The notes below the pieces were generated by a model. The model worked only from the letters and a program-made list of their open reading frames with translations. It did no database searches and was not told the origin of the DNA. A DNA stretch of 64,000 bases from Bugula neritina. Its lineage: Eukaryota > Animalia > Bryozoa. Location of the stretch: contig OZ037772.1 of the NCBI GenBank assembly GCA_964035545.1, positions 11,592,818 through 11,656,817 of the forward strand. Reading direction: 5' to 3'. This document shows, piece by piece, positions 1-12,089 of this stretch. The translations under genes were made by a program, and so were the position numbers. Position 1 is the stretch's first letter, and every line of letters begins with the position of its first letter.

Positions 1-1
1 T

Positions 2-3000
2 CGCTTCCACTCCATCCAGGAGGAGGATATAGGGCCGTCGCTGGGAGCTGCGACGGAAGGTCCCCAACAAAGCCCGTCAGTTAGGCGGGGGACCGTCCCA
101 TCACACGTCAAAGAGCTATACCAGGCAGCGTGTAACGGCTGCAAGGGCAACGTGGAACGCCAGACTATGGCTCAGTTACTACGTGATTATAGCGACGTGT
201 TCAGCAGTGGGGACCATGACGTCGGCCTGACCACGGCCGTCCGTCATGAGATACCGCTGGCTGCAGGGACTACCCCTATTCGGCAGCCCACCAGGAGGCT
301 GGGACCCGAGAAGGAAAAGGAGGTAAGCCAACAAGTCCGGGATCTTTTGGACCGCGGCCTCATCGAGCCAGCGCATAGCGCATGGAGTTCACCGGTCGTT
401 CTGGTTCGAAAGAAAGACGGCAGTTGGCGGTTCTGTGTGGATTATCGCAAGCTCAATAGCGTGACCATACAGGACGCCTACCCCTTACCCAGGATCGACG
501 AATCTCTGGACGCCTTAGCCGGCAGCAAGTACTTCAGCACGCTAGACTTGTTGAGCGGCTATTGGCAGGTCCCCCTCAGCCCAGACGCCCAGGAGAAGGC
601 GGCGTTCATCACGCGGGACGGCTTATGGAAGTGGAAAGTCCTCCCCTTCGGACTGACTTCCGCCCCCGCCACGTTCCAGCGGCTCATGGAACAGGTCCTC
701 AGTGGACTCCACTGGAAGACACTGCTAGTATACCTCGACGACGTCATCGTGATCTCCCCAGACTTTCAGACGCACGTCAGCCGTCTGCGGGAGGTCTTCG
801 ATCGACTCCGAGGCGCCAATCTGAAGCTCAAACCCTCCAAGTGCGCTCTCTTGCAGCCAGAGGTGAAGTACCTGGGGCACATCGTCGGCCGCCACGGCGT
901 GGCGACGGATCCCGAAAAGGTACGAGCTATAGAAGATTGGGTAACCCCCCAGGATTTGACCGGGCTACGGGCTTTCCTGGGGCTGGTAGGGTATTACAGG
1001 CAATACATACCAGACTTTGCGGGGGTAGCGCAGCCGTTAAACCGGCTCACCGCAAAGGGGGTGACCTGGCAGTGGACTCCCGTCGAACAGAGAGCGTTCG
1101 ACTGCCTCAAAGGCCGCCTGCTGGAGGCCCCTATCCTGGCCTACCCAGACCCTGCCCTGGAGTACATCCTCGATACTGACGCCAGTGACCAAAATGTCGG
1201 CGCTGTGCTGTCCCAGGTGCAGGAGGGCCGCGAAGTAGTCGTGGCCTACTACAGTAAGTCTCTCTCGCCCACTGAACGAAATTACTGCACTACCCGAAAG
1301 GAATTGCTGGCAGTAATCAAGTCAGTGAAGCATTTCAGACCTTATCTATACGGCAGGAAGTTCCGCTTGCGGACCGACCACGCCTCCTTGATTTGGTTAT
1401 GTAAGAGAGCAGAACCGTCCAGCCAAGTCGCCCGATGGCTCGAGGTCCTAGCTGAGTTCTCTTACCGGATCGAGCACCGACCCGGTAAGAAACACGGCAA
1501 TGCTGATGGACTGAGCCGGCGACCGGACGAGGGGTGTAAACAGTGCCTCAACATCGAGAAGAGGGACGGAGGTCCTCCAAAATCCGAGTTGAGAGCACTG
1601 AACCACTCTGAAACAGAGTATGACTGGGACCAGGGTCAACTCCTACAGAAGGCCGCTACGCCCCCGGAGGCTATCCAACGCCTCCGTGCCAATCCTGTCT
1701 TGGCTGATAACGTTAGGGAGCTACGAAGACTCCAGGAGGACCTCCCTGGAGTGGTAGCCGACGTATATCGTGCCAAAAAGGAGGGGCGACGACCCAGTGA
1801 AGAACAACTGCGGCAGGGATGCACCGAGTTACGGTCGTACTGCCAACGTTGGGACTCCCTGCGGATCGGGCCAGATGGTCTGCTGACCATCTCAGTGGCT
1901 GCTCACAACAACCAGTACGGCAGGAAGAGGGTGATCTGCCCAGCCGCCATACGCCGGGAGTTAGTATGGGACACCCACAAGCAAGCCCACGCCGGGGCGA
2001 GCAGGGTGCTCTCCAAGTTACGACTCCGGTGGTACTGGCCCGGCATGGAGCGTGAGGTGCGGCGTAGAGTCAAACAATGCGAAATCTGCCAGGCCAGCAA
2101 GCATGGCCGTCTCCCTGGTGAAGCGGGACGGCGTAGGTTATATGCTGGAAGGCCGTGGCAGGTGGTAGCTATCGACCTAGTCGGACCCATGCCCGTCACC
2201 CCCAGAGGAAACAGTTGGATCCTAGTATTGACCGACCACTTTACACGGTGGGCGGATGCCCTGGCTATTCCAGATGCGTCCGCCCCCACAGTGGCCAGGG
2301 TGCTGGATCAAAATGTATTCTGCTATCTTGGACTACCTGAGCAAATACATTCGGACCAGGGGGCTCAATTCCAGTCCCAACTGTTGAGCGACCTCTGCCG
2401 CCTCTGGGGAGTAAACCAAAGCAGGACCACCCCGTACCATCCTCAGGGCAACGGGGTGGTGGAACGCAACAATCGCATGTTGGGCGATGCACTGCGCAGT
2501 CTGCTCCTCGGCCGGGGTCAGGAGGAGTGGGATACGGTACTGCCGCAAGTCATGCGGGCCTACCGTAGTACACCACACACCAGTACGGGGGAAACCCCTA
2601 ACCTCCTGATGCTCGGTCGAGAGACGCGAGTGCCTGACCACCTCACATACCACATCCCAGAGCAGGACTATACCATCCACGAGTATGCCAGTAAATTGAT
2701 AGAGGACCTGAGGGCCGCACACGAAATACTGCGGGCGAAGCAGTGGCAGGTACGGCGAGAGGACTCTCAGGAACCACCTCTCTATCGAACTGGGGACTGG
2801 GTGTAGATGGTCAACTACCGTAGGCGTCGAGGACAAGCGGCTAAGCTCCAGCCTAAGTTTGTGGGGCCCTACGTAGTAGTTGAGGCTATGCCCAATCATA
2901 CGTACAAGTTGGAGCGATCTGGACAGGTCTCTGTCCAGAACGAAACCCGCTTGAAACCGTATTGGGCTAGCCCAGGAGCAGCAGGAGCAGCCCCCCCGTT

Positions 3001-3664
3001 GTTGGAGCCCAGGAGGCAGACAGTAACGCGTGGGCGGCAACGGCATGGACCCGAGTACGAAGTGGTCGTGCCGCGGGGAGAGGACTTGGTGAGGCAGGAG
3101 ACGCCACTCCCACCAACGGAAGTGCGCCCACCGCCCCCAGTACCAAGTCTACCCCCACCACTTCCGGTTCCGCATCCACGTCCGGAAGTGCAAAACCCCC
3201 CCGTGGGAGGGGCTCCATCTGGAGACAACAGCGGAGAGGGGAACACCACCGCCAACGGCGGGCCAGAAACACCACAGGTGGAGCAAAATAGCCCACCAGT
3301 GAGTACGCCGCCCCAACCAACAGCTACAACTCCCTCTCCAGCTGATACGTCACCTCCCCTGGAACGGGGACAGCGTACTAGACAACCCCCAGCATACCTT
3401 CAAGACTACATATGTGACCGTGTTACAAACGGCAGTTATGAAAGTCTAGCTGGGCGCCGTACGGAAGGACTGGCAGCAAAGCGTGGGAGTTGTGAACACC
3501 ACGGAAATCTCAACTTTTGCGAAGGCGGAGTAGTAAACAAAACTACTACGCCTGGGGCAAATAGTTCCAGCCGTGCGCAACAACCACACTGCCCAGTCTT
3601 TTCGTACGCTGACGTTGTCAAGGGAAGACGCATTCAAACTCAATCCACGGACATCCAAGCTTGA
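2..3664 (+). CDS. pol: Gypsy Pol polyprotein (RT, RNase H, integrase with GPY/F module), 5'-truncated by the window and interrupted by an in-frame TAG at 2804-2806
   Basis: Frame is open from base 2. RT motifs WRFCVDYRKLN, LPFGL and YLDD; RNase H motifs TDAS, ELLAV and TDH; integrase HHCC (HKQAH...CEIC) and DDE (IDLVGP, HSDQG, VERNN). After the stop the same frame continues MVNYRRRRGQAAKLQPKFVGPY (GPY/F motif), then a Pro-rich tail. Confidence 0.93.
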
Positions 3665-3729
3665 ACGCTGAGTATGATTACAAATACCGGGTTCTCAGGT
3701 AAGCTTGCTCTGAGCTAACATTTCCACTC

Positions 3730-4818
3730 ATGGAAACCAGTCTACCATCAGTCAGTTCTGATTTAATCGCCTTGATTGAATCACAACTACTGGGGACTGA
3801 GTCCTACGTGAAAGGCGACGAGAACATAAAGATGGCCGACGATCTACTAGATCTGGAGCTTGACACTATGTCTCTCTGTCAGTCTACACGACACGACTCA
3901 GTCCCTCGAGTGCTATCTGAAAAGATGTATGACTCCCAGACTAGTAACAGTCGGTTGTCATCAGAATTATGGTGTAGGGATCACATCCGATCTAACAGTA
4001 ATTCTGCTCTTTTAGATACCGCTCTCTCTCCTCTATCTGGTGACATGCCGTCACTAGAAATGGCTTGGAACGAGGAACCCGTTCCCACTACTCTTTCGGA
4101 GGCACTCCTACAACAATCATGCTGGGTTACAACAGATACGGAAACACTGATACGAGAGCACAAAGGAGACGACCAATGCACCACCTGCCGTTTATGCCAG
4201 CTTCACTTCACTACCCCACGAAGACTCCGAGTTCATGTTCCCCAACATTACTTCACCACCTTTTGTCCCTGTGGTGAATATAGTTACCACAGGGACTACA
4301 TCCTCCGTCACCAACGAACCATGGGATGCCATATTGGACACCTATTCGAAGTCGACGAACCCTCCTTTCCACAATTCCTTGATCTCATCCGACCGTTCAT
4401 ATCAGACCCAGTTCGATACGAACGGCTGCGCCAGGAGTTCCCCGCACCCAGGACCATCACACAGGGACCCTGCCCTAAACCACCCGGATATAGGAAACCA
4501 CGCATATCCCATTCCTCACCCCCCGCACGCACAGTGCCTCGCCCCGACTCTATACCAAGAGTCGTGTTACGACGCATCGATATACCACAGCGATGGCGTC
4601 CCTCCCCCCCTGTCTCCCCAAGGCCGTCTCGTAAGCGGCGTTGACCATCTTCATCCCCCAATCGACACTCTGCCCCCGCCAGGAATCTAGGCGAGGCAGA
4701 AGAGCGGATACGAGAATTAGAGAAAGAGGTGCAAAGACTGACACCGAGAATCTCCGCCGCCGCATCAGAACTCCGGGCCCTCTCTGCCTCTGTAGCCCGA
4801 ATGAAAGGAAGTGCTTGA
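3730..4818 (+). CDS. Retrotransposon accessory ORF3: C2H2-like zinc fingers, basic patch and C-terminal coiled coil; in-frame TGA at 4642-4644
   Basis: 304-aa ORF containing CRLCQLHFTTPRRLRVHVPQH (C-x2-C-x12-H-x3-H) and CPCGEYSYHRDYILRHQRTMGCH. The frame continues past the TGA as PSSSPNRHSAPARNLGEAEERIRELEKEVQRLTPRISAAASELRALSASVARMKGSA* to 4818. It lies between pol and the 3' LTR. Confidence 0.7.
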
Positions 4819-5161
4819 AGGTGATGTCCCTCCTTTCCCTATCCGTGATGGTACAGCAGGTGGTGCCCCCTTTACAGACCTTTCTCACGCTAGTGCTCAC
4901 AGACAATTACTCAGTGTAACAATATAGTAACCTACCAGTATACAGCTCTACCTCTACAAACTATCCCTTATAAGTGCCTCCCGCCGGTGCCATTGTGTAT
5001 TTACTGTTATATTTTTTTATATATGCATGTGTTTCTTATTACTGTACATAGCCATGTTTTTCTCTTATGTACCACACGCTCTCTCGGTTTTTTTATAGTT
5101 TTATAACATTTTATGTTCGAATTTATTGTATCTGTGTTATCAGAAAGTAGGGCTTTCTGCT

Positions 5162-5172
5162 GGGGGGGGCGG
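5162..5172 (+). other. Polypurine tract of the Gypsy element
   Basis: GGGGGGGGCGG immediately before the TG start of the LTR. Confidence 0.8.
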
Positions 5173-5444
5173 TGTAGTAAGGACGTAATGCGCGCGTCCC
5201 CCGTATTCCTTCAGCCTATCCAAGTGCGTCACGTGATAGGCCTCAGTTAGTAGTAGTTTTGCAGTAGAGAGAGCGTGCTAACTAAGCGAAGATGTAATCT
5301 CTAATCGGTGTACGTGATGTATCTTTTATATAATTAGTAGTAAATAAACTTGGAAGCTTTTACCTAAATACTTTATTGGTGTGAATAAATAGACATAATT
5401 ACAAAGCTAGGAACCCACGCATAGTAGTTACATAACTTACTACA
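5173..5444 (+). repeat. 3' LTR (272 bp)
   Basis: Starts TGTAGTAAG and ends CTTACTACA (perfect 9-bp inverted termini, TG...CA). Contains TATA-like TTATATAA and AATAAA signals. Confidence 0.85.
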
Positions 5445-5758
5445 GTATTTTTATCTATTTCAACTATAAGAATAACTATTTGGTTTATTAAACATGTTTA
5501 TAAGTTTGACAATTTTTAGAATGCCAGTGTGGTCAGTTCATGATAGAATTTATGGCTATGTGTTTACTTCATAATAGATTTCTCATAAAATTACAAATTC
5601 TTAAGGCAGGCTCTCCAGCGATTGATTAGTTTGTCACTAGTTAGTATTCTAATTGGCAGTTAAAGCCTTGCATGTTTTTACACTTACAGTATTTTAATGC
5701 AGCTACTAATTCAAGTGAACATTGAATATAAGTTTTAATCCCTGTCTATGGGCTATAC

Positions 5759-6097
5759 CAGGGGTTTCCAACCTTTTCAAACCGAGGGCCACAGAAATGA
5801 AATATTTCATGGTGAGGGCCACATTGTAAGCTTCAGCTTGTGCTGGGGGCCACAGCCTCAGTATTTTTCAAACTACTTTATTCCAAAACTTTATGAATCA
5901 TTACACAATTAAGTCTCAGTAGTTACTGTCAGCTGCATTTTTTGTGTTATTTGTATAAATAAGGCATTTAAAAGGTGGCTTTTCACTTTAATTCATGTAA
6001 ACAGTGAAAAAGTATATTAGCTTTATGCCTTCGAGGGCCACATAAATGTAGGCTGGGGGCCACATCCGGCCCTAGGGCCGCCTGTTGGACAGCCCTG
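5759..6097. mobile_element. Non-autonomous hAT-type MITE
   Basis: Termini CAGGGGTTTCCAAC / GTTGGACAGCCCTG, subterminal GGGCCACA repeats, and a perfect 8-bp TSD GGCTATAC at 5751-5758 and 6098-6105. Confidence 0.9.
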
Positions 6098-6843
6098 GGC
6101 TATACATTCATTCTTATCATTTGTCTAATTGCAGTTATCATTTAATGTCATTTTTATTATAGTTTGATATTTTTTAGTAGACCTGTAATACCTTTTCATA
6201 GAAACAAACTCACCCTAGCTAGCCACTAAAAGAAGGCAAGAGGTGATTAATTCAAGATCTGTATATATGTTTAAATATTTTACAATTTCATAAATAATTT
6301 CTGTTTGTTTTATTTTAAAAACTTGTTATAGTTGCATACATTAATAACCTACTTTTACAGTTTCTTATGGCAGTTGGAATAAGTAAAAATAAAGTTACAA
6401 AAACCAACACCAGTACAACTCATCTATAGTTAGTGGCGATGCTTCGTATAGATGAGATGATGAGAGAGTGAACCTTATGCAAAGAGTGATGTCAGAGCCT
6501 TTTCTTGCACTGAAAATTAGAATCTGACTGATTTTTAACACCCATGGTGATGGCGTAAAAGAAAACATCTCTTCACAATTTTACAGAAAGGTATCTGCAG
6601 TACCAACACTAAAAGACTGTTCAATTAAAAATTGGGATAAAATTTTCACAGTTGGTGCAATTTGCTGCTTCTTGTTTTTTATCATTTTCTTATATCTGCA
6701 TGTATTGTGGATAATTAGCTTACAGATTCTTTAAGAAACTACAATTTGATTAAATTTTAAAATTTAAATAATATATGTAATAATATATGTAATACATGTG
6801 TGTGCAGATTATATATTCTTTTAGACAGTGAAGAGTGTTAGCA

Positions 6844-9800
6844 ATGGGAAGTTATGAGAACATTCTAAAGCTGGATGAGTTGACAGAGAAATACCAGAAA
6901 GAGGCTGAATCAACTGAAAACTGGGTCTCCCATCTCAAGGTAGATCATGTATTCATAAAATAAGCCTCTCAAATAAATGCTAGATAATTTTACCACATCT
7001 GCACAAGCATCATGTCACAGAGATAAGAATGAGAAAGCTAAACAAAATTAAATAAAAACTATCATAGCATGAGGTGAATAAATGCAAAACAAAATTGTGT
7101 TTATGTTACATAAAATAGTTGCTGCAAAAATTACGATTCTGAGCACTCTAAAAATTAAATATAATACTGCTGAATATTTTATACAATATATTCCAAAATT
7201 TATTTTACACACTGGCTACTTATACTAAGCAGATTTTTGCTATAAATATACGCATGCAGCATGTAAATACCAACATCGGTTGGCAGCACTAAAAAAAGTT
7301 ATTGCTCGATGGGATGTTTCAGCAAAAGTTGCTAAAATAGAGAACCTAACTTTGAGTTTTTATGGTTCATTTTGCTTATATTTCCTAATTTGGTTGTTTA
7401 AAAAGCTTTTTTTAAAATTACTATAATGAGGTATAAATGCAATTCAGCAAATATAAAGCATAATAAGTTGGTTCTTGTAATGACTTGTTATTTAGGCCCA
7501 TGGCTTAGCAAACAGATGTCTGGCCAGAGAATTCTCAGAAGTGAGACAGCAAAAAGTCTATGAGATAGAACAGACCTGGTATAAAGGTAGGCACCCTCTT
7601 GCCTATGATGAACATCAAAAATTAACAAATGAACATCTACAACTTCTGAACAACTACAGAAGTGAAACAGAAATAGATTTTGACTCTATTGACACAACCC
7701 ATCTCAAGCTTGACAATGGTCCAACAGAAGATCAACTATCTTTGTTCTGTGACAGTGTGTTTAACCTTAGCCAAAAGTGTAGCAATGGCTTTATTAAGAT
7801 CTGTAAATCTATTATGCAGTCAAGTGTTGACATCCTCAGTAAGTCAGGTTTGGAGGTTCCTTGTTCTTTTGCTGTGGTGGCGTTAGGTTCAGTTGCTCGT
7901 GGTATGGCCACTCCATACTCAGATTTAGAGTATGCTTTTGTTGTTGAGTCGGACAGTTACAATGATTATTTTACTAAGTTAGCAGTTGATAGCTACTTTA
8001 GAATTGGAAACATGAAGGAATCACCGTTGAAAAGTTTTGACATCGCTGAGATAGACAAAAAGAATAGTGACAATGTCCCTGTTGGCTTCCATATCGACGG
8101 CATTTCTGCGAAAGCCGGAAATATTCCTACAGGCAGAGGTGATGGTGCTAAAAACCTGATTCTAACCATAGAACAGTTAACCGATGTGTATAGGAAAGCT
8201 TTGGTTTCACCTGCTGAACTCACAGCAGATATTGGTGATCTACTATCATCACAAGTGTTGGTGTATGCTCATAATGATGGCGCCATTTTGTACAAAACAG
8301 CAATAGAAAATTGTCATGCAGTCTTGAAGGCTGAAGCATCAAACAAAATGATAATAAAAAAGAGATTGCAGATCCTAAAGCAAGATGTGAAGACATATGA
8401 TTTCCTACCAAGTTTTGAGTCCTTTGGGCCTCCAGACAACACAAAGTTGAGAGTCAAATCCGAATTATTTCGTTATCCAACACTTCTAGTTGATCACCTT
8501 CGGCTCCTGTTAGGCCTTCACGATGCCACTCCATGGGCAGTTATTGAGAAACTAAAAAATTCTAACTTCATTGATAAAAAGCAATGTTTCAAACTAAACT
8601 TAGTGACTGCTCTAGCTATATATATAAGAACAACAGCTTGTATACAGTTAGAATCTCAAAATGATGAGTTTTCACTGTATCCACGTGCACGACCCAACAA
8701 AAAAATATACAATTTAGGTCACGAAATTTTTATCTTAATGGTGCATACAGTTGTTCCATTGAAATTGTGCATTGGGCAAAATTTGGTTTCGCTTGCGTGC
8801 CTCACCACGCTCGACTCAAGTGACGTGGTGAAAAGGCTGTTGGCAGATTTAGGTCTGATTCAGCCGTCTTTTATGCTGAAGGCAGAAGCCGAATATTTTT
8901 GTGGTCACTATGAGCAGGCAATAAGTACAATTACAGCTACCTGTGGTACAGACATATTTTGTGAAAAACCAGATGAATTTGTGGATATTGTAGAAAACGC
9001 CATTACTAAAAACCTCGAAAACAGTTCAACATCAACATATAAGAATGATCCTAATGATTTGAACAAAGTAAAATCCTCAAAACAATACATCGAGCTAGCC
9101 GCATACCTGTTGTATTCTACGCACAAATATCATCTTTCTTTAAAATACTTCATTTGGCTTGCAACAGAGTTCAAGGAGACCCCTCTTAGTATGTTGAAAT
9201 GGAAGATTTTGGCTGCAGATTCCGCTAACAAGCTTCATGACTACTATGAAGCGTTTTCTCAACTAGGTGACGTATATTCCACCCTAAAAACAAATTTTGG
9301 GGGCAATGAAGCACTAAGTCCGTACAGATTTGTAAAAAGTATGTGTACGGATTCTAAAATTTTAGGTGAAGATCGGCATTGGTTTGAAGTCACGGCACAA
9401 GCTTTTCGAGTGCTCAGTCAATCGTGCAAGAACACAAAGTACTACATCCAAGCAGAGGAGATGGCCAATACCGCAGTTTTGGTGTCTGACAAACTACATA
9501 AAAGTGACAAAAGAAAACGCCTGGACAGTCATTACATTGAACTGATAGTATCTCTAGCACTTATACATTCAAAGAAAAATGAACATAAGAAAGGCATTCA
9601 GTATTTAAACCACCATTTAGCTCAGCTAAAAGAACTTCACACCGACTGTATCGATCACCCAGACATTGCGTTACTACTGAGAGGGCTGGGACAGATTTAT
9701 GAAATTATGGGTGATTATGAGCAGGCTACGAGTTTCTCTAGCAAAGGGTTATCTATGATAAAAAACTTGCACCCTACTACTGATCATGTGAGTGTTGCTC

Positions 9801-11698
9801 AATGCTTTAGAGATATTGGGGCTCTAGAAGTCAAAAAGTTAAATTATTCTGCAGCACTAAGAAGTTTCAATAATTCTAGACAATTATTTGATCAACTAGA
9901 CGTATGTGAACATGAAAAGGCTGGCCTGCTGGTGGAAATAGCACTCGTTTATAGCCTTATGCGAAAATTTGATTCAGCCCTGTCAACTCTAAGTTCGGCT
10001 CTCAATATATTAGATTCTGCAGCCGGAACTGGTCACATAGACATTGCAAACATACACTCTGCTTATGGTAAAGTTCATGGCGAAATGAGAAATAACATGC
10101 TTGCATTGAAACATCACAAACTAGCTTTGGAAATAACTAAAAAAGCTTTTGATCTGATAACAGATATTCCTATATTGGCTCAGTTTCATGGAGAAATGGG
10201 TAAACTATCTGTCCTATTAAACGTCAGTTCTCAACTACTAAATACTGAGCTAGCTGATAGAGATGAAAATAGTGTCCATCCAGATATAGCATCCTGCTAT
10301 CTTGAAGTTGGTAGAGTGTATCTTAAGATGTGTCTCCACGATCAGGCCCTGCTGTATACACAGAGGTCATGTGACATGTATAGAGCTGTGTATGGCAAGA
10401 CAACCTGTTTAGATGTCGCTTTGGCATATGAAGGGCTGGGTGCTGTGTATGACGGCATTGGAAAATATGACAAAGCATTAAAGTATCTCACAAAGTCATT
10501 AGAAATGCTGTTGGCTATCTATGGTGCTGAGACTACACATGTAGACATTGCTGCTAGTTATAGCCAAATTGGTAAGGTGTATTATAACATGGGTGAATAT
10601 AGCAAGGCACTGGAGTACCAGAGAAAGTCATTAGGTATGTATTTAGCGTTTTATGGTGCTGAGGCTACACATGTAGACATTGCTACTAGATATAACAATA
10701 TTGGTGTTGTGTATGAGGAAATGGGTGAATATAACAAAGCACTAGAGTACCACAAAAAAGCGTTAAAAATTATGTTGGCTGTTTATGGTACTGAGGCTGC
10801 AGATGTACACGTTGGTTCTAGTTATAGCAATCTTGGTCTTGTGTATTATAAAAAGGGTGAATACAGCAAAGCACTGAAGTACCACACAAAGTCATTAGAA
10901 ATTATGTTAGCTGTTTATGGTGCTGAGGCTACACATGAAGAGATTGCTACTAGATATAACAATATTGGTCTTGTGTATGGCAACATGGGTGAATACAATA
11001 AAGCACTAGAGTACCACACAAAGTCATCAGATATGCTGCTAGCTATCTTTGGTGCTAAGGCTACACATGCAAGCATTGCTATCAGCTATAACAATCTTGG
11101 TCTAGCATATTATGGCGTGGGTGAATGTAACAAAGCACAGGAATACTTCATAAAGTCATCAGAGATTATCTTAACTGTACATGGTGCTGAGGCTGCACAT
11201 GCAAGCCTTGCTACTAGCTATAACAATATTGGTGGTGTGTACCGCAAAATGGGTGAATATAACAAAGCACTGGAGTACCACACAAAGTCATTAAATATTT
11301 TGAAAGCTGTTCATGGTGCTGAGGCTACACATGCAGTCATTGCTACTAATTATAGCAATATTGGTGTTGTGTATTACAACATGGGTGAATATAACAAAGC
11401 ACTGGAGTACCACACAAAGTCATTAAATATGGAGCTAGCCGTTTATGGTGCTGAGGCTACACATGAAAACACTGCTGGTAATCATCGAGCTATTGGTAGA
11501 ATTTATTACAAAATGGGCGAATATAACAAAGCACTGGAACACTACACAAAGTCAATAAAGATGATGTTTGCTAAAGCTGTTGATATTGCTGAGGCTACAC
11601 ATGTAGACACTGCTGGCAATCATTGGGCTATTGGTAGAATGTATTACAAAATGGGGGAATATAACAAGGCACTGGAGTACTATACACAAAGATTTTAA
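6844..11698 (+). CDS. NTase-TPR protein 1 (~1432 aa): DUF294/GlnD-like Pol-beta nucleotidyltransferase domain, helical domain and 44-aa TPR array
   Basis: Exons 6844-6939 (MGSYENILKLDELTEKYQKEAESTENWVSHLK|GT) and 7496-11698 (TTTAG|AHGLANRCLAR..., in frame with the 1385-aa ORF). NTase motif FAVVALGSVARGMATPYSDLEYAFVV with later GFHIDG. C-terminal repeats of type HVDIAxxYxNIGxVYxxMGEYNKALEYHxKSL. Confidence 0.85.
10523..11698 (+). repeat. Coding tandem repeat, 132-bp unit (44-aa TPR), about 9 copies
   Basis: GGT(G/A)CT(G/A)AG...CAT anchors recur at 10523, 10655, 10787, 10919, 11051, 11183, 11315 and 11447; the last copy is truncated by the stop. Confidence 0.9.
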
Positions 11699-11889
11699 GA
11701 TACACTAGCAGTCAATGCATACAGATATAAATATTGATGATCATATTATTCTTACAGAAGCTCTGAAATACCAACTGCAGGTATTCCTTTAAGAGTTAAA
11801 CAAACAGACTAGCCTGTGTATTTAAATTTCAACAGCTTTTTACGATACAACCCTATGTGAGGCCCACCGCCACTCTAACCACAGTTTAT

Positions 11890-12089
11890 TTCTACTGATA
11901 TACTCCTGTTTCTACAGATACCCCTTTTCTACAGATATACCCCTATTTTTACAGATATACCCCTATTTCTACAGATATACCCCTGTTTCTACAAATATAC
12001 CCCTGTTTCTACAGATATACCCTTGTTTCTACAGATAAACTTCTGTTTCTACAGATATACCCCTATTTCTACAGATAATAGGGGTATAT
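11890..12089. repeat. ~20-bp minisatellite (TTTCTACAGATATACCCCTG) ending in an inverted copy
   Basis: About 9 tandem copies; ATATACCCCTATT...AATAGGGGTATAT at the 3' end. Confidence 0.85.

Larger units (their letters stand above)
1..5444 (+). mobile_element. Ty3/Gypsy LTR retrotransposon, 3' portion (5' part lies before the window); defective copy
   Basis: GC-rich block with RT-RNaseH-integrase order typical of Gypsy, then an extra ORF, a G-rich PPT at 5162-5172 and an LTR bounded by TGTAGTAAG...CTTACTACA, followed by an abrupt switch to AT-rich host DNA. Confidence 0.95.

Noticed and set aside
179-4919. Many overlapping alternative-frame and antisense ORFs in the retrotransposon
   Set aside because: Expected by-products of GC-rich coding DNA; no recognisable motifs.
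6844-6870. Both NTase-TPR proteins start Met-Gly (possible N-myristoylation)
   Set aside because: Contexts MGSYEN and MGDFPF lack Ser/Thr at position 6, and Asp3/Pro5 are unfavourable.
7541-11698. Calling the TPR proteins kinesin light chain, nephrocystin-3 or TTC28
   Set aside because: Similarity is limited to generic TPRs; the N-terminal NTase domain and 44-aa unit do not fit those genes.
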